This document shows positions 15,758 to 26,500 of a stretch of DNA of 64,000 bases, piece after piece (positions within the stretch are counted from its first letter, which is position 1; each line of letters opens with the position of its first letter). This DNA is from Fidelibacterota bacterium UBA6531 (lineage in GTDB: Bacteria > Fidelibacterota > Marinisomatia > Marinisomatales > TCS55): the NCBI GenBank assembly GCA_002436185.1, contig DJKX01000049.1, forward strand, positions 14,088 through 78,087, given 5' to 3'. The translations under genes and the position numbers were made by a program. The notes under the pieces are model-generated. The model saw only the letters and a list, made by a program, of their open reading frames with translations. It was not told the origin of the DNA and did not search any database.

Positions 15758-16500
15758 TGAAGGTGATATTAAAGGTTTGGCGACAGAATAATGCCGAATC
15801 TCAAGGCGCCTTTGAAACTTATCCTGTGGATAACGTTTCCGAAGATATGTCCTTTTTTGAAATGATGGATATGTTAAATGATCAACTTGTATTAGACGAA
15901 AAAACACCTATAGCATTTGATCATGATTGTCGTGAAGGCATTTGTGGAACATGTGGTTTATTTATAAATGGTAGAGCTCACGGAAAGATAAGAGGCATAA
16001 CAACATGTCAGCTCCATATGCGTAGTTTTGAAGATGGTGAAACAATAATTGTAGAACCTTGGCGGGCAAAAGCATTTCCTGTCATTAGAGATTTAATAGT
16101 TGAAAGAACATCTTTTGACAGAATTATGGAAGCAGGCGGTTATGTTTCTGTTAAAACAGGTGGAACTCCGGATGCAAATGCAATTCCAATTGCAAAAAGA
16201 AACGCAGATGAAGCCATGGATGCTGCATCTTGTATTGGATGTGCCGCTTGTGTAGCAACATGTAAAAATTCATCCGCGATGTTGTTTGTAGCCGCTAAAG
16301 TATCCCACTTATCCTTACTCCCTCAAGGTCAACCGGAACGGAATGAACGTGCTTTAAATATGATTGAAGCAATGGATGAAGAAGGGTTTGGGAATTGTAC
16401 AAATACAGGCGCTTGTGAAATTGAATGCCCAAAGGAAATATCAATCAGTCATATTGGAAGACTCAATAGAGAGTTTTTAAAAGCCAGTTTAAAAGGCTGA
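15757..16500 (+). CDS. sdhB: Succinate dehydrogenase/fumarate reductase iron-sulfur subunit
   Basis: 247 aa, GTG start overlapping the sdhA TAG (TAGTG). Three Cys clusters: [21 protein letters not shown] and [12 protein letters not shown]. Confidence 0.95.
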   Translation: MKVILKVWRQNNAESQGAFETYPVDNVSEDMSFFEMMDMLNDQLVLDEKTPIAFDHDCREGICGTCGLFINGRAHGKIRGITTCQLHMRSFEDGETIIVEPWRAKAFPVIRDLIVERTSFDRIMEAGGYVSVKTGGTPDANAIPIAKRNADEAMDAASCIGCAACVATCKNSSAMLFVAAKVSHLSLLPQGQPERNERALNMIEAMDEEGFGNCTNTGACEIECPKEISISHIGRLNREFLKASLKG

Positions 16501-16519
16501 TTTTTATACGTTAAGAAAT

Positions 16520-16546
16520 AAAAAAAGCCCTCTTGGAGAGCTTTAT
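16520..16546. terminator. Probable bidirectional terminator between convergent sdhB and tonB
   Basis: An A-run is followed by AGCCCTC (16526-16532), loop TTG, GAGAGCT (16536-16542), then TTTAT. The 7-bp stem has one mismatch and is flanked by A- and T-rich runs. Confidence 0.45.
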
Positions 16547-16549
16547 AGT

Positions 16550-17179
16550 TTATTTCAATCTAAAATTCACTGGGATGGAAATCCAAACACCCACAGCTCT
16601 TTCCCGCTGTTTAGCGGGTCTAAAGCGCGTTTTACGAATTGCTGCTATTGCTGCTTCGTCCAATCCGGTATTTGGGATTCCTTTTAAAATGGACGTTTCT
16701 TTTACCCGACCTTTTTTATCAACGAAGACTTGTACAATAACAGTTCCTTCAATTCCAGCTTCCTGGGCAATCTCGGGATATTTTGGACGAATAGGCGTAA
16801 GAGGTTTAGGTGGATCATCATAGGGTATAAATTTTACACGAGGTCCTTCAGGTGGAGGAGGAGGAGCATCCCAAGCCTCAAAGCTTTCCAAGTCCGTTTC
16901 TTCAATTGTTAAATCATCTGCTAAATCTTCGTCTTCCGATTCAATGGGCACGGAAGGACGAGCAGGAGGCGGAGGCAAATCTATTTGTTGAGTCAGAGGA
17001 ATGTCAATTTGTTCAATAATGATTTGATCAGCATCTTCCAATACAACTACTTCAAAACTCCGTGGAATAAATAAAAATCCAAATGTAATCAGTAAAATTC
17101 CAAATAATCCCGTAACACGCACTATAACAGGATAATTGAATTTTAAGATAGGGGAATATTTGTCCATGGGATTATTCAA
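16550..17179 (-). CDS. tonB: Energy transducer TonB
   Basis: 209 aa with an N-terminal anchor helix, a Pro-rich spacer (LPPPPARPSVP, APPPPPEGP), and the TonB C-terminal domain PKYPEIAQEAGIEGTVIVQVFVDKKGRV...FRPAKQRERAVGVWISIPVNFRL. Confidence 0.9.
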   Translation of the reverse strand: MNNPMDKYSPILKFNYPVIVRVTGLFGILLITFGFLFIPRSFEVVVLEDADQIIIEQIDIPLTQQIDLPPPPARPSVPIESEDEDLADDLTIEETDLESFEAWDAPPPPPEGPRVKFIPYDDPPKPLTPIRPKYPEIAQEAGIEGTVIVQVFVDKKGRVKETSILKGIPNTGLDEAAIAAIRKTRFRPAKQRERAVGVWISIPVNFRLK

Positions 17180-17582
17180 CTGCTGTTTTTGTCGAATAAT
17201 TCAATTTTAAGGCATCAGCTTTTCTAAGTTCATTGTGAATTTCAGATATGAGTCCCATTTTTGCAGATTTATCTGCTTTTAACGAAACAGTCAATAAAGG
17301 GTCTGCAGCGCGCACTTCGTACATAATATGGCGAACATTATCAACGCTGTGTAGTTTATCCTGAATAGAGACCATTCCTTCTTTTGAAATCCAAATATGA
17401 GAGGTGTGCCGCTTTGATTTTAGTTTTTCAATTCGTTTCGCCCTTGGGAGTTCTATAGGAAGGCCGGAATATTCCCGTAGGACAGTTGTAACCATGAAAA
17501 ATATCAACAGCATGAAAATGATATCCGGCATAGATGCGGTTGGTATATCGGTTGATATTTGAGTTTTACGCCTGAGCTTCAT
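17172..17582 (-). CDS. exbD: Biopolymer transport protein ExbD/TolR
   Basis: 136 aa. IPTASMPDIIFMLLIFFMVT matches the ExbD/TolR TM signature. Overlaps tonB by 8 nt. Confidence 0.9.
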   Translation of the reverse strand: MKLRRKTQISTDIPTASMPDIIFMLLIFFMVTTVLREYSGLPIELPRAKRIEKLKSKRHTSHIWISKEGMVSIQDKLHSVDNVRHIMYEVRAADPLLTVSLKADKSAKMGLISEIHNELRKADALKLNYSTKTAVE

Positions 17583-17977
17583 TAATCGCTCTCTGCAATA
17601 GAAATCCGTTTAGCGTTTGCCATTTTGAGTTGGTCAATAACACTCACGTAATCACTATATTTTGTTTTTTCATGTGCCTTTACAGATATGATCAACTTAT
17701 CATTTTCAGTAATCCTACGCCGAATTTCTTTGTTGAGATCTCTTGTTTTTACAGGTTCTCCTCCCAGCAAAACATTGCCACTGGAGTTAATTAGACAATT
17801 TAGGATATTATCCTTTTTAATCTCTATTTCTTCTCCTTCAGCTGGTAACACTATTCCTAACCCTTTATCCATATCAATTGTAGTGGTTACCAGAAAAAAT
17901 ATAAGAAGCAAAAAAGCAATATCTGCCATTGAAGCTGTAGGTATTTCTCCGCGTTTAAAGCGGCGTTTTTTCTTCAT
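17582..17977 (-). CDS. exbD: Biopolymer transport protein ExbD/TolR (second copy)
   Basis: 131 aa. IPTASMADIAFLLLIFFLVTT. The tandem exbD arrangement is common in FCB-group tonB operons. Confidence 0.9.
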   Translation of the reverse strand: MKKKRRFKRGEIPTASMADIAFLLLIFFLVTTTIDMDKGLGIVLPAEGEEIEIKKDNILNCLINSSGNVLLGGEPVKTRDLNKEIRRRITENDKLIISVKAHEKTKYSDYVSVIDQLKMANAKRISIAESD

Positions 17978-17989
17978 CGAAAAAGTATA

Positions 17990-18613
17990 TTATTTCTTTT
18001 TATTTGTTTCCATCTCATAGAGATGGTCAACGAGTTGAATGGAGCGTTCTTCCATATCCAGAACCAGTTTATCAATTTGGGCTACAAAAACATTCTGGAA
18101 AATTTGAATAATCATAGCTACGATTAATCCAAAGGCGGTTGTCAACAGTGCTTGTGAAATACCCCCAGCTACAACTGCCGGCGATATATCATCTGCTGCC
18201 GCAATGGCATCAAATGCATTTACCATACCCGCAACTGTACCAGTAAACCCAAGCATAGGCGCAATGGTAATAACTGCATTCAACCAGATCATGTTTTTTT
18301 CCAGAAAAGACATTTCAAGTGATCCTGCATTTTGGATTGCTTTTTCAACTTCTGCAAGACCGCGATGCATTCTGGAAAGCCCGGCATGAAAAATTTCAGC
18401 GACAGGACCGTGTGTTTTTTCACACAATTCGAGCGTTGAGTCTATTCCATCATTATCTAATGAACTGTTTACATCTTTAAAAAATTTCTCTGCATTTATT
18501 GATGACATTATCAGTGAATAAAAACGTTCACCAACAAATGCAAGGCCAAAAACAAGTGATATTAATATGGGCCACATGAAAGGTCCACCATTTACGAAAT
18601 ATTCGACTAGCAT
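17990..18613 (-). CDS. exbB: MotA/TolQ/ExbB proton channel family protein (ExbB)
   Basis: 207 aa with three TM segments. GFTGTVAGMVNAF and ALLTTAFGLIVAMI are typical of ExbB/TolQ. First gene of the exbB-exbD-exbD-tonB operon. Confidence 0.9.
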   Translation of the reverse strand: MLVEYFVNGGPFMWPILISLVFGLAFVGERFYSLIMSSINAEKFFKDVNSSLDNDGIDSTLELCEKTHGPVAEIFHAGLSRMHRGLAEVEKAIQNAGSLEMSFLEKNMIWLNAVITIAPMLGFTGTVAGMVNAFDAIAAADDISPAVVAGGISQALLTTAFGLIVAMIIQIFQNVFVAQIDKLVLDMEERSIQLVDHLYEMETNKKK

Positions 18614-18665
18614 CTAGTCCTCCGTTATTCTTTTATTATTGATATTTTTCCTCGGAAAATCGACG

Positions 18666-18706
18666 CTGAAATTATTAAATCTCGTAGAAAATATCAATAA
18701 TTTCAG
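18666..18706. repeat. 11-bp perfect inverted repeat between ctp stop and exbB start (operator or terminator candidate)
   Basis: CTGAAATTATT (18666-18676), 19-nt spacer, AATAATTTCAG (18696-18706), followed by TTTTTT on the plus strand. Function not determined. Confidence 0.5.
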
Positions 18707-18715
18707 TTTTTTAAT

Positions 18716-20323
18716 TTACTGTGAATTATTGATGAATCCAGCAGCTTCGTTAAAATAATTTAAAGCTGTCATTACTTGATTATCATAATTCAAACGAACA
18801 CCAATTGCCTCATCTTTCCCCCAATGTGCACCGGCTATTTCCGATTTCAACATATTTAAAATATAATCTTTGTCTTTTTCCAATTCCTCCGAATTCAACT
18901 CTATCTCTTTATTGGATGCATATTCTAAAAATAGTTGAAAGTCATTTTCATCAAGTTTCCAATAGGACATGAAGGTTTCAAAAGTTTCAAATTCATCTCT
19001 ATGATTACTGGCATAATTAGACCCCCAATTAAAAAAAGGTCGCTTCGTATGGGTAAGTAATTTTTGAGTATTTTTCTGAAGTTTTAAATCCCATGCGATG
19101 TGTTGATCAGGTGTTATCCCGCCTCCGCCGTACACAACTCTACCTGCCCTCGTTTTGTATTTTGGCCTTAGTTCTTTTAATGAGTCAAGAACTGTTTCTC
19201 GATTTTCAACATACAAATCTTTATAATAATCTTTTGTATCACCATTTGAATATGGCCGTTGTATGAGACGGCCGCTAGGAGTGTAATAGCGCGCTATAGT
19301 GACACGCATTGCCGATCCATCATTCAAAGGTAATTGTCGTTGAACCAACCCCTTGCCAAAACTGGTTTCGCCGACCACTAATCCTCGATCAAGATCCTGA
19401 ACGGAACCGGCCACAATTTCACTGGCACTGGCAGATCCGCGATTGATTAACACAATCAGTGGATAGTCCTCTCGTCCTTGGGTGGGGTCTGCAATAAAAA
19501 CTTGCTCCATATTTTTGCTTTTCCCCTTGGTAAAAACCAACGTGTCTTTCCGGGCGATAAATAAATTGCTAATTGCTGCAGCTTGTTCTAGATATCCACC
19601 GCTGTTATTTCGCAGATCCAATATCAATTTTTTCATGCCTTGGGCTTCAAGCTTATTAAATGCCGTGCGAACTTCTTCGTCTGTTGTTGCAGAAAATCGT
19701 GTGAGCCAAATATATCCAGTTTCACTATCCAACATTAATGATGCTCGAACACTGTAAATGGGAATATCGTCCCGGACAATGTTTACATCAAATCGATCAC
19801 CTCCAAGACGATTTATTGTGATAACAACTTCTGTTCCTTTTGGTCCACGGAGCTTTTTAAACACATCTTTTTTTGTGATTTCATAGGCATCTTCACCGTT
19901 GATGGAGATAATTTGATCACCCGGCATAAGACCTGCCCGCTCTGATGGACTATCAGCCACAGGAGATATGACCGTTATATAGCCGTTTAAAATATCAAAC
20001 TCAATTCCAATACCTTGGAATGATCCCCGAAAAAGTTCATCAATTTCTTCCTGCTGTTTAGCAGGGATATAAATAGAATGAGGGTCTAATTTTTTAAATA
20101 TGCCCTGAAAAGCTCCATCCATTAGTTCGTCCATATCAACATTCTCGAAATATAGTTGATTGATATAATATAAAATTTGGTTCATAACCTTAAACTTGCC
20201 TTCAATGGCGCTGTAAGGATTTTTGGAATACAAAATCTGTGAAAGGGGGATTAGTACAAATAATGCAACTGTAATAACGGTCAACGCAAAAGGAACCCGT
20301 AGGAATATATTCTTATTTTTCAT
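18716..20323 (-). CDS. S41 family C-terminal processing peptidase (tail-specific protease)
   Basis: 535 aa with an N-terminal anchor and a PDZ segment (GIGIEFDILNGYITVISPVADSPSERAGLMPGDQIISING). The catalytic Ser context is INRGSASASEI and the catalytic Lys context is GETSFGKGLVQ. Confidence 0.9.
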   Translation of the reverse strand: MKNKNIFLRVPFALTVITVALFVLIPLSQILYSKNPYSAIEGKFKVMNQILYYINQLYFENVDMDELMDGAFQGIFKKLDPHSIYIPAKQQEEIDELFRGSFQGIGIEFDILNGYITVISPVADSPSERAGLMPGDQIISINGEDAYEITKKDVFKKLRGPKGTEVVITINRLGGDRFDVNIVRDDIPIYSVRASLMLDSETGYIWLTRFSATTDEEVRTAFNKLEAQGMKKLILDLRNNSGGYLEQAAAISNLFIARKDTLVFTKGKSKNMEQVFIADPTQGREDYPLIVLINRGSASASEIVAGSVQDLDRGLVVGETSFGKGLVQRQLPLNDGSAMRVTIARYYTPSGRLIQRPYSNGDTKDYYKDLYVENRETVLDSLKELRPKYKTRAGRVVYGGGGITPDQHIAWDLKLQKNTQKLLTHTKRPFFNWGSNYASNHRDEFETFETFMSYWKLDENDFQLFLEYASNKEIELNSEELEKDKDYILNMLKSEIAGAHWGKDEAIGVRLNYDNQVMTALNYFNEAAGFINNSQ

Positions 20324-20363
20324 TGATTTGATTATTTGATAAAAGGATTTAAGTCAACGTAAG

Positions 20364-21284
20364 CTATAAACCAAAATAAAACATGGTACGTATAGTTAAG
20401 CCCTGTATTGTTGACTTTGGTGAATCGGCAATTTGTTTACGATCGTTCAAAAACCATTCCCCTGCGCCGATCGTTCCTTGATTATAACCAAGGCTCAAGC
20501 GTAATCCCACACGATCCATAATTTGCCATTTGATTGCTACATAAGGTTGAAAATTGAAAAATGTTCCACTGATATCTGTCATTCCACCATAGCCATTAAC
20601 AGGGGAAAGTGTTGTTCCCTGCATAACCCCTATTATAGAATCTGCATCCGTATCCGAATAAGAAGAATCTATGCTATAATATACTGCGCCCTCTGATACT
20701 GTTCCATAGGAATTTGAAAACAAGTCATTCCACTGTGCTTCACCGGTATGCTGATCAATACTGACATTTACGCGACCAAGCCCCATTAATGCACCCCCTG
20801 AAATTTCCAAATCTCTGAAAATGGGAATTACATATTCTAATATAACAGCCCCAAGCGTAAGTGAAAACTTGGCAGAAACAGTGGGGCGAAAACTGCCTTC
20901 ATAAGCTACAATCTTATCACCATCACTTGCCAAAGGAGACGAATTTTCTTGAATTCCTATAGAGTCATTGGTTTCTTGGTAAAAATAAACATCCATTATA
21001 TTACTAATTCTTGATGAACCGATGCCGGCGTAACCACCGAGACGCCAACGTCCTGCGATATGGGTAAACCCTTCACCGCCATGAACGATAAATGGATTAT
21101 CAAAATTATTTGTGTTTAATCCCAGCGCTGACATCATATCAGAGCCCGGGATTGAATCCAAAGAAATATACATTGGGCTGTAGCCAATTCCTCCACCGTA
21201 ATAGTCCTGAATGGGGTATAAATCGCTTTGGGCGCTTAAATACAGCGGAATTAAGTGTAATATGAAAAATATTCGTCTCAGCAT
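20364..21284 (-). CDS. Hypothetical outer-membrane beta-barrel-like protein
   Basis: 306 aa with signal peptide IFFILHLIPLYLSAQ. The sequence is Gly/Tyr/Ser-rich with alternating strands and ends ...IRTMFYFGL. No family recognised. Confidence 0.55.
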   Translation of the reverse strand: MLRRIFFILHLIPLYLSAQSDLYPIQDYYGGGIGYSPMYISLDSIPGSDMMSALGLNTNNFDNPFIVHGGEGFTHIAGRWRLGGYAGIGSSRISNIMDVYFYQETNDSIGIQENSSPLASDGDKIVAYEGSFRPTVSAKFSLTLGAVILEYVIPIFRDLEISGGALMGLGRVNVSIDQHTGEAQWNDLFSNSYGTVSEGAVYYSIDSSYSDTDADSIIGVMQGTTLSPVNGYGGMTDISGTFFNFQPYVAIKWQIMDRVGLRLSLGYNQGTIGAGEWFLNDRKQIADSPKSTIQGLTIRTMFYFGL

Positions 21285-21526
21285 TTTTCTGTGTAATACA
21301 TTATTAAATTTATATTTGCAGATGTCAATTTAAGAAGGGAAATATTGCGGCAAATTTAGACAATTCTATGGGTAAAACAGGCCCTTTTCCTTGGATTTTT
21401 CGAGAGTGGTAAACTATATTCCTTTTCAGTAGAGGTAAGGGAACGTCATTTAAAGGGCCTTTTGGCGCAACTTTAATTCAATCCCTGTCCAATTGTCGAT
21501 TCGAGGTAATACAAAACGGTTAGTAA

Positions 21527-23584
21527 ATGAACCCAAATAGATTGTGTATATACGCAGTTTTTCTGCATGTAGGGCTCCACGCAGGATCTATGAATATTAG
21601 TGGTCCCTTTGATCTCAATAACAATACTCTAGATGAAATTCTTTTATTTTCTGAAAATTATATCCGTTATGTTGAGGTTCAACTCGACAGTTCACATGTA
21701 TTAATGTGGGAAAGCAATCCTGAAAGTTATATAATTAAAGATGCCATTCTATATGATATTAATAATGACGGTAAAACAGAATTAATCATTTTAGCAGACT
21801 ACTTACCGGGAAAGCGGATTAATAGGAGCAAGTGGCTGCATCTATTTTCTTGGTCAGATTCTCTTTTTATTCCCCAAACAATTGAAATAGATAATGGTGA
21901 ATTATTGCACCCCAACCATTTCGATGTTGATGATCAGTCCGGAATTTTATCGATAGCCGTTGGCAGTCCTTATAGAGCGGCCGTACTATTAGAGGTTGAC
22001 AGCGAAGAGAAAGGTTTGGTTGGAAACACTGTGAATATTGAATTACCGAATATGTTGCACAATGGTTTCGGTCCTGTTTTTTCCAGCTTCATGAATTTGA
22101 ATGGCGAAGCGCACTTGGCAGTATTTAGCTTGGAAAAAGATACTTTGAAAACAATACTATTTAGGGCGGATGAAAAGGCTGTGATCGTAGCAGAAAACGC
22201 ATTACACCTTAATAGCGCATTCATATTGTTAGGTTCTGCAATCCAAAAAACAGATTTGGATAACAATCAACGTGAAGAACTTCAGTTACCTTTTGAAAGT
22301 GGCGAAGTTTTAACATTGGAGTTCGTTGACAGTGCATTGGTATTGTCCGAAAGTCCTTTTAATCGACAAAACCTTTTTAATCTTCCGGATAGCGCAGATA
22401 GTGAATCAATAAATCAACTTCTGTCAAATAGAATAAAAGTGGGTTTGGATGTTTTAGATAATGAACCACATCCAGATTTTGTAATTGCTATCATTCCTAA
22501 CGACACATTAAGATTGGGAGATACGCTCAATTATAAAGCAGCTATGGACACATCCACAGGATTTTATAGTTTTCATTGGTTATCAAAACCTCCGGCAAAC
22601 GCCTATTTTAATCCCAGTTCAGGGACGATTTCATGGATACCCAGAAGAGAAAATATTGGCGTTCATGAATTCAAATTTTATACAGAACAGTGGTTAAATG
22701 ATGAATTGGTATCAGATGAAGATGAACTGGGTGATCGACATAGAATTTTGCCTGTTTTGGAAGAGTTGGAACAGTCCTATGCTGTCATTGTGGTTGATAC
22801 AACAAAACCTCCCATTATTTATGTTCCACCGCCCTATGAACCTTATAGTGTTATGGTACACACACCCAATAAAACAGCTGGGGCCGAACGTTTTCTTTTT
22901 GATGGCGTGCCTCCTTTTAGCGCAATGGTTGATGAAATAAATATTCCTAAATATCCATCTTCTTCCCATTCAATATTTGCGAATCTTGGTAGAGTCAATT
23001 TTGACAAGCATGTGGATTTTTCTTATACATCTAACAAAGACAGCAGCAACAACATGATGACTCTAAGATTAAGTCATAAATTGACTGACAATGTAATATA
23101 TGCGAAAATCGAACCCTTTTTAGATTCGCTGAATATAACAGCGAACTTGAATCCCTCAAACTGGCGCGCGAATCTGCAGCATTATCCCATGTATGAATTT
23201 GAAGGATTTCCTGAATCCATGCGCTTGGATGACAACGAAAAAGGAATTTCATTATACACACGTGAAGCAGGACAAAAAATCAAAAAAAATTCTTATATTT
23301 CTGTATTAACCCCGTTATCAGACAACAGGCATAGTCTATCAATCTACATGAAAGCAATAGAATTATGGAATATTACAGGAGATGTAAAAATAGACAGCCT
23401 TGGAAATAAAACAGTTAACACTACAATTAAGTTTTCAGGTGAATTTTCTCCTTATAGTATAAATGCGGAAATGTATACGGATGAAGAGCTTGCCATGCGG
23501 TCAAAAGAAATGAAATTTAAAATTCTAGAGTTTATGGGTGTAGACAGCGTTGTTGTAGATTCTGCCGGTACAAATATACGATGA
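21527..23584 (+). CDS. FG-GAP/VCBS-repeat protein with He_PIG-like Ig domain (paralog of the next gene)
   Basis: 685 aa. Contains the Ca-loop-like YDINNDGKTELIIL and the Ig-repeat YSFHWLSKPPANAYFNPSSGTISWIPRRENIGVHEF. The N-terminal module is similar to that of the downstream ORF. Confidence 0.65.
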   Translation: MNPNRLCIYAVFLHVGLHAGSMNISGPFDLNNNTLDEILLFSENYIRYVEVQLDSSHVLMWESNPESYIIKDAILYDINNDGKTELIILADYLPGKRINRSKWLHLFSWSDSLFIPQTIEIDNGELLHPNHFDVDDQSGILSIAVGSPYRAAVLLEVDSEEKGLVGNTVNIELPNMLHNGFGPVFSSFMNLNGEAHLAVFSLEKDTLKTILFRADEKAVIVAENALHLNSAFILLGSAIQKTDLDNNQREELQLPFESGEVLTLEFVDSALVLSESPFNRQNLFNLPDSADSESINQLLSNRIKVGLDVLDNEPHPDFVIAIIPNDTLRLGDTLNYKAAMDTSTGFYSFHWLSKPPANAYFNPSSGTISWIPRRENIGVHEFKFYTEQWLNDELVSDEDELGDRHRILPVLEELEQSYAVIVVDTTKPPIIYVPPPYEPYSVMVHTPNKTAGAERFLFDGVPPFSAMVDEINIPKYPSSSHSIFANLGRVNFDKHVDFSYTSNKDSSNNMMTLRLSHKLTDNVIYAKIEPFLDSLNITANLNPSNWRANLQHYPMYEFEGFPESMRLDDNEKGISLYTREAGQKIKKNSYISVLTPLSDNRHSLSIYMKAIELWNITGDVKIDSLGNKTVNTTIKFSGEFSPYSINAEMYTDEELAMRSKEMKFKILEFMGVDSVVVDSAGTNIR

Positions 23585-26500
23585 AGAGACTCTCCACAAT
23601 CATTTTGCTGATAATTAGCGTTGTTTTCAGCAAAGATCTTCAGATTATTCATATGGAAGGAACGTTTGATCTTGATCAAGACGGCCTTTATGAATTTGCT
23701 GCGATTGAGGTTGGGCAAGATAACGGTCATTCTGTTTCTATGATCCGTTACTATGAAATTGATGGCGATGGTTATCAGCAATTGAATTGGGAACTGGCTG
23801 CGCCGGCCGGCTCGTTGGGTAATTTTGTGAATTTGAAATTGGGTGATTTGGACGGAGATGGGAATCCTGAACTAATCACAATTATGAACCTCACAGATGA
23901 AAACGAGGAACGCATTTTACATCCCATCGTGTATCACTATCCCTGGGATGGTGAAGGTTTCAGCGAAACTCCGGCGAGTACTTTGAACCTGTCAGAACGC
24001 AATACTTTTCTGCGTTGTCACAATTTTGAATTGTTAAACATGGATGGCGACGATGATCAGGAATTGGTTGTTTCTCTGGGTAGTCCCGTTCGCGGATTGG
24101 CCATTGTAGATGTAAATGAGGACGGACAACTTTTTATAACCAACCGCTTGGAACCGGAGACTATGCGCTTTGGATCAGGTTTTGTATATGCTGGAGCTGT
24201 AGACTGGAATAATGATGGTTTTGATGATATTATCAGTTTCAGTCCTGAAGGAAACGTAATGAAAGCACAACCGTTTTTAAATAAAAACGGTTCATTTATC
24301 CAAGGGGAGGAAAACCATATTACCGTTTCCGGAATGAATGGATTGCTTAATCGAGCAGTCACAATTACGGACTGGGATGCAGATGGATTTTTGGATGTAA
24401 TTGCTCCCTTTCAAAGCGGTCATTTAATTGCCTTAACATTATCACAGGCCGGAATTGATATAGATAATATTCCCAATGAAGCCGGTCCTCTTTCTGGCGT
24501 ACAAATTGCTGATTTTGATCATGATACGTACACAGATCTTTTATTAGTGTCCGGTGAAATGAATATGATGACAGTTTCTTTTGGTGCAGAGGTTCCGGAT
24601 GAGAAAAATGAAAGTTATTTTACACTTTCTGTTGATACGGTGGATCTTCAGATTTTTTCAGCTTTACCTGTTATGGAACAAGGACAATACACTGGCACAT
24701 CTATTGCCGCCGGCTGGGACGGGGATGAAACATCCGTTTTTCTAACAGACTTGGGTTTGCCGCCGCCCGTTGATAAGCCAATCGTTCAAGACACATTAAT
24801 AGACCCCATAGATTTGTTGGATATTTTTCCGGAAATCGAAGGACTGGAGATTGGATCTCTAGCTGCCGGTATTAAGCCGATAAAATCGTTGGGTCAACCG
24901 CTACCAAAAGGCGTTTTACCCAGACATGTTCTGCCCGTTGAACAATTATTTGTATATTCAATTCCGGAAGATGAAGCAAATCAATTTTATAGTTTTCGTT
25001 GGCTGTTACCGCCTCCAAAAGGAATGTTTTTTCATTATGAAACACGCTCCATTCAATGGGTTCCAAACGGAACACAACTTGGCGCTTATAAGTTGGCATA
25101 TCACGTAGAAATGAAAACAGGCGAAATGGTTGAGTTAGAATCTGAAGAAATCGATTCGTTACTCACTTACAAAGTTGTTCCTCATTTAGAGGGCTATGAT
25201 GAACGTCTCTGGATTTATGTGAATGATTCTCCGGAATTTATTTCTGAACCGATTGTCACTGAATTTGTTGCCAACTCATTGTTTACATATTCTCCCATTA
25301 TAAACGATTATAATGAAGATGCGAACATTCAGTTTACTCTGGACGTTTCTCCTGATGGAATGGAAATGGATTCCAGCGGTTCGCTGTATTGGCAAACAGA
25401 CAGCAGCCATGTAAATATTTATGACATTCGCATAGTCGCTTCCGATGGATTTGATCGCGCAGCACAGGAGTTTCAGCTTTTTGCCCGAGCCGGTGTAAAA
25501 ATCCTATCTGAAGCGGATTCCATTATTCGAGTAAATGAATTATTTAAATACCAAGTGGATGTGTGGCGCCCGGATTTAGATCAGGAGTTAACGTATAAAA
25601 TGCTTTATTATCCGGAAGGCATGACCTTATCTGAATCGGGATTAGTTGAATGGACGCCTGCTACAACTCAAATTGACTCTCATAATTTTGCCATTATTGC
25701 AAACCACGGCGTAGCTGCTGATACACAAGAAGTTATTTTATTTGTCAACCATCCGCCGGTTATTGATCGTGCGCCGCCACCCATAAATAAGGTTAATTTG
25801 GGTTATGTGTGGGATTTCCAATTGGAGGTTACGGATCCAAACACCAATGATGAACTCACCTATACGGTTGTAGAAATGCCTGATGGTATGCGCATGGATC
25901 CTTTTACCGGGCGTTTGCGTTGGGAACCCACTCGGGATGAAATGGATTTTGGTCATTTGAAAGTTGAAGTGGATGACGGCAAAGATATCCGGACAGTTGA
26001 AGCAGATTTTTTCATTAATTCTCCAATTAAACTGGTATCTATTCCGGTCATGCAGGCAACTGTTGGGCAGCAGTATAAATATAAGATTATGACGACAGAT
26101 CTGAACAAAGGATCGCTTTTACCTTTTGATCATGTTGTAAAACTGGAAGACACAGAAAAAGCGCGAATATATGCAGTAAATATTGCCGATGACGTTTATC
26201 GTGAAAATGTGGATCGATATATCGGCGATTGGAATGCGGCAGAGGTTATATATCTTACCAGCCAGGGCGATATGGAATCGGAGGAATTCAGCCGCCTGAA
26301 TTTGAAGCGCTACGTCCACTCTGTTTTTTGGGAGGACGATAGGCTGATAGTTATTATCGAGGAAAAAGATGATCGATCAGTAAACGTAAAAGATGTTTTA
26401 TGGGAATTTTTCCAAGGATCAAAAGGGAAGCCGCCCAAAGTCATCGTGGAACGAAGGAGCACCATTCGCTACACATTAGAAGAATTCCCCGATGGTATGG

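Noticed and set aside
16533-16823. 96-aa plus-strand ORF overlapping the tonB 3' half
   Set aside because: It is antisense to a TonB C-terminal domain with clear family motifs. It would also start inside the sdhB/tonB terminator region.
16550-18613. Whether exbB-exbD-exbD-tonB is part of, or a duplicate of, the novel stator system
   Set aside because: It is a canonical TonB energy-transduction operon in standard order, with its own ExbB (three-TM, 207 aa). It is 9 kb away on the opposite strand from the stator-rotor operon. It is useful only as an internal contrast showing that the 3754-5343 pair is MotAB-type rather than ExbBD-type.
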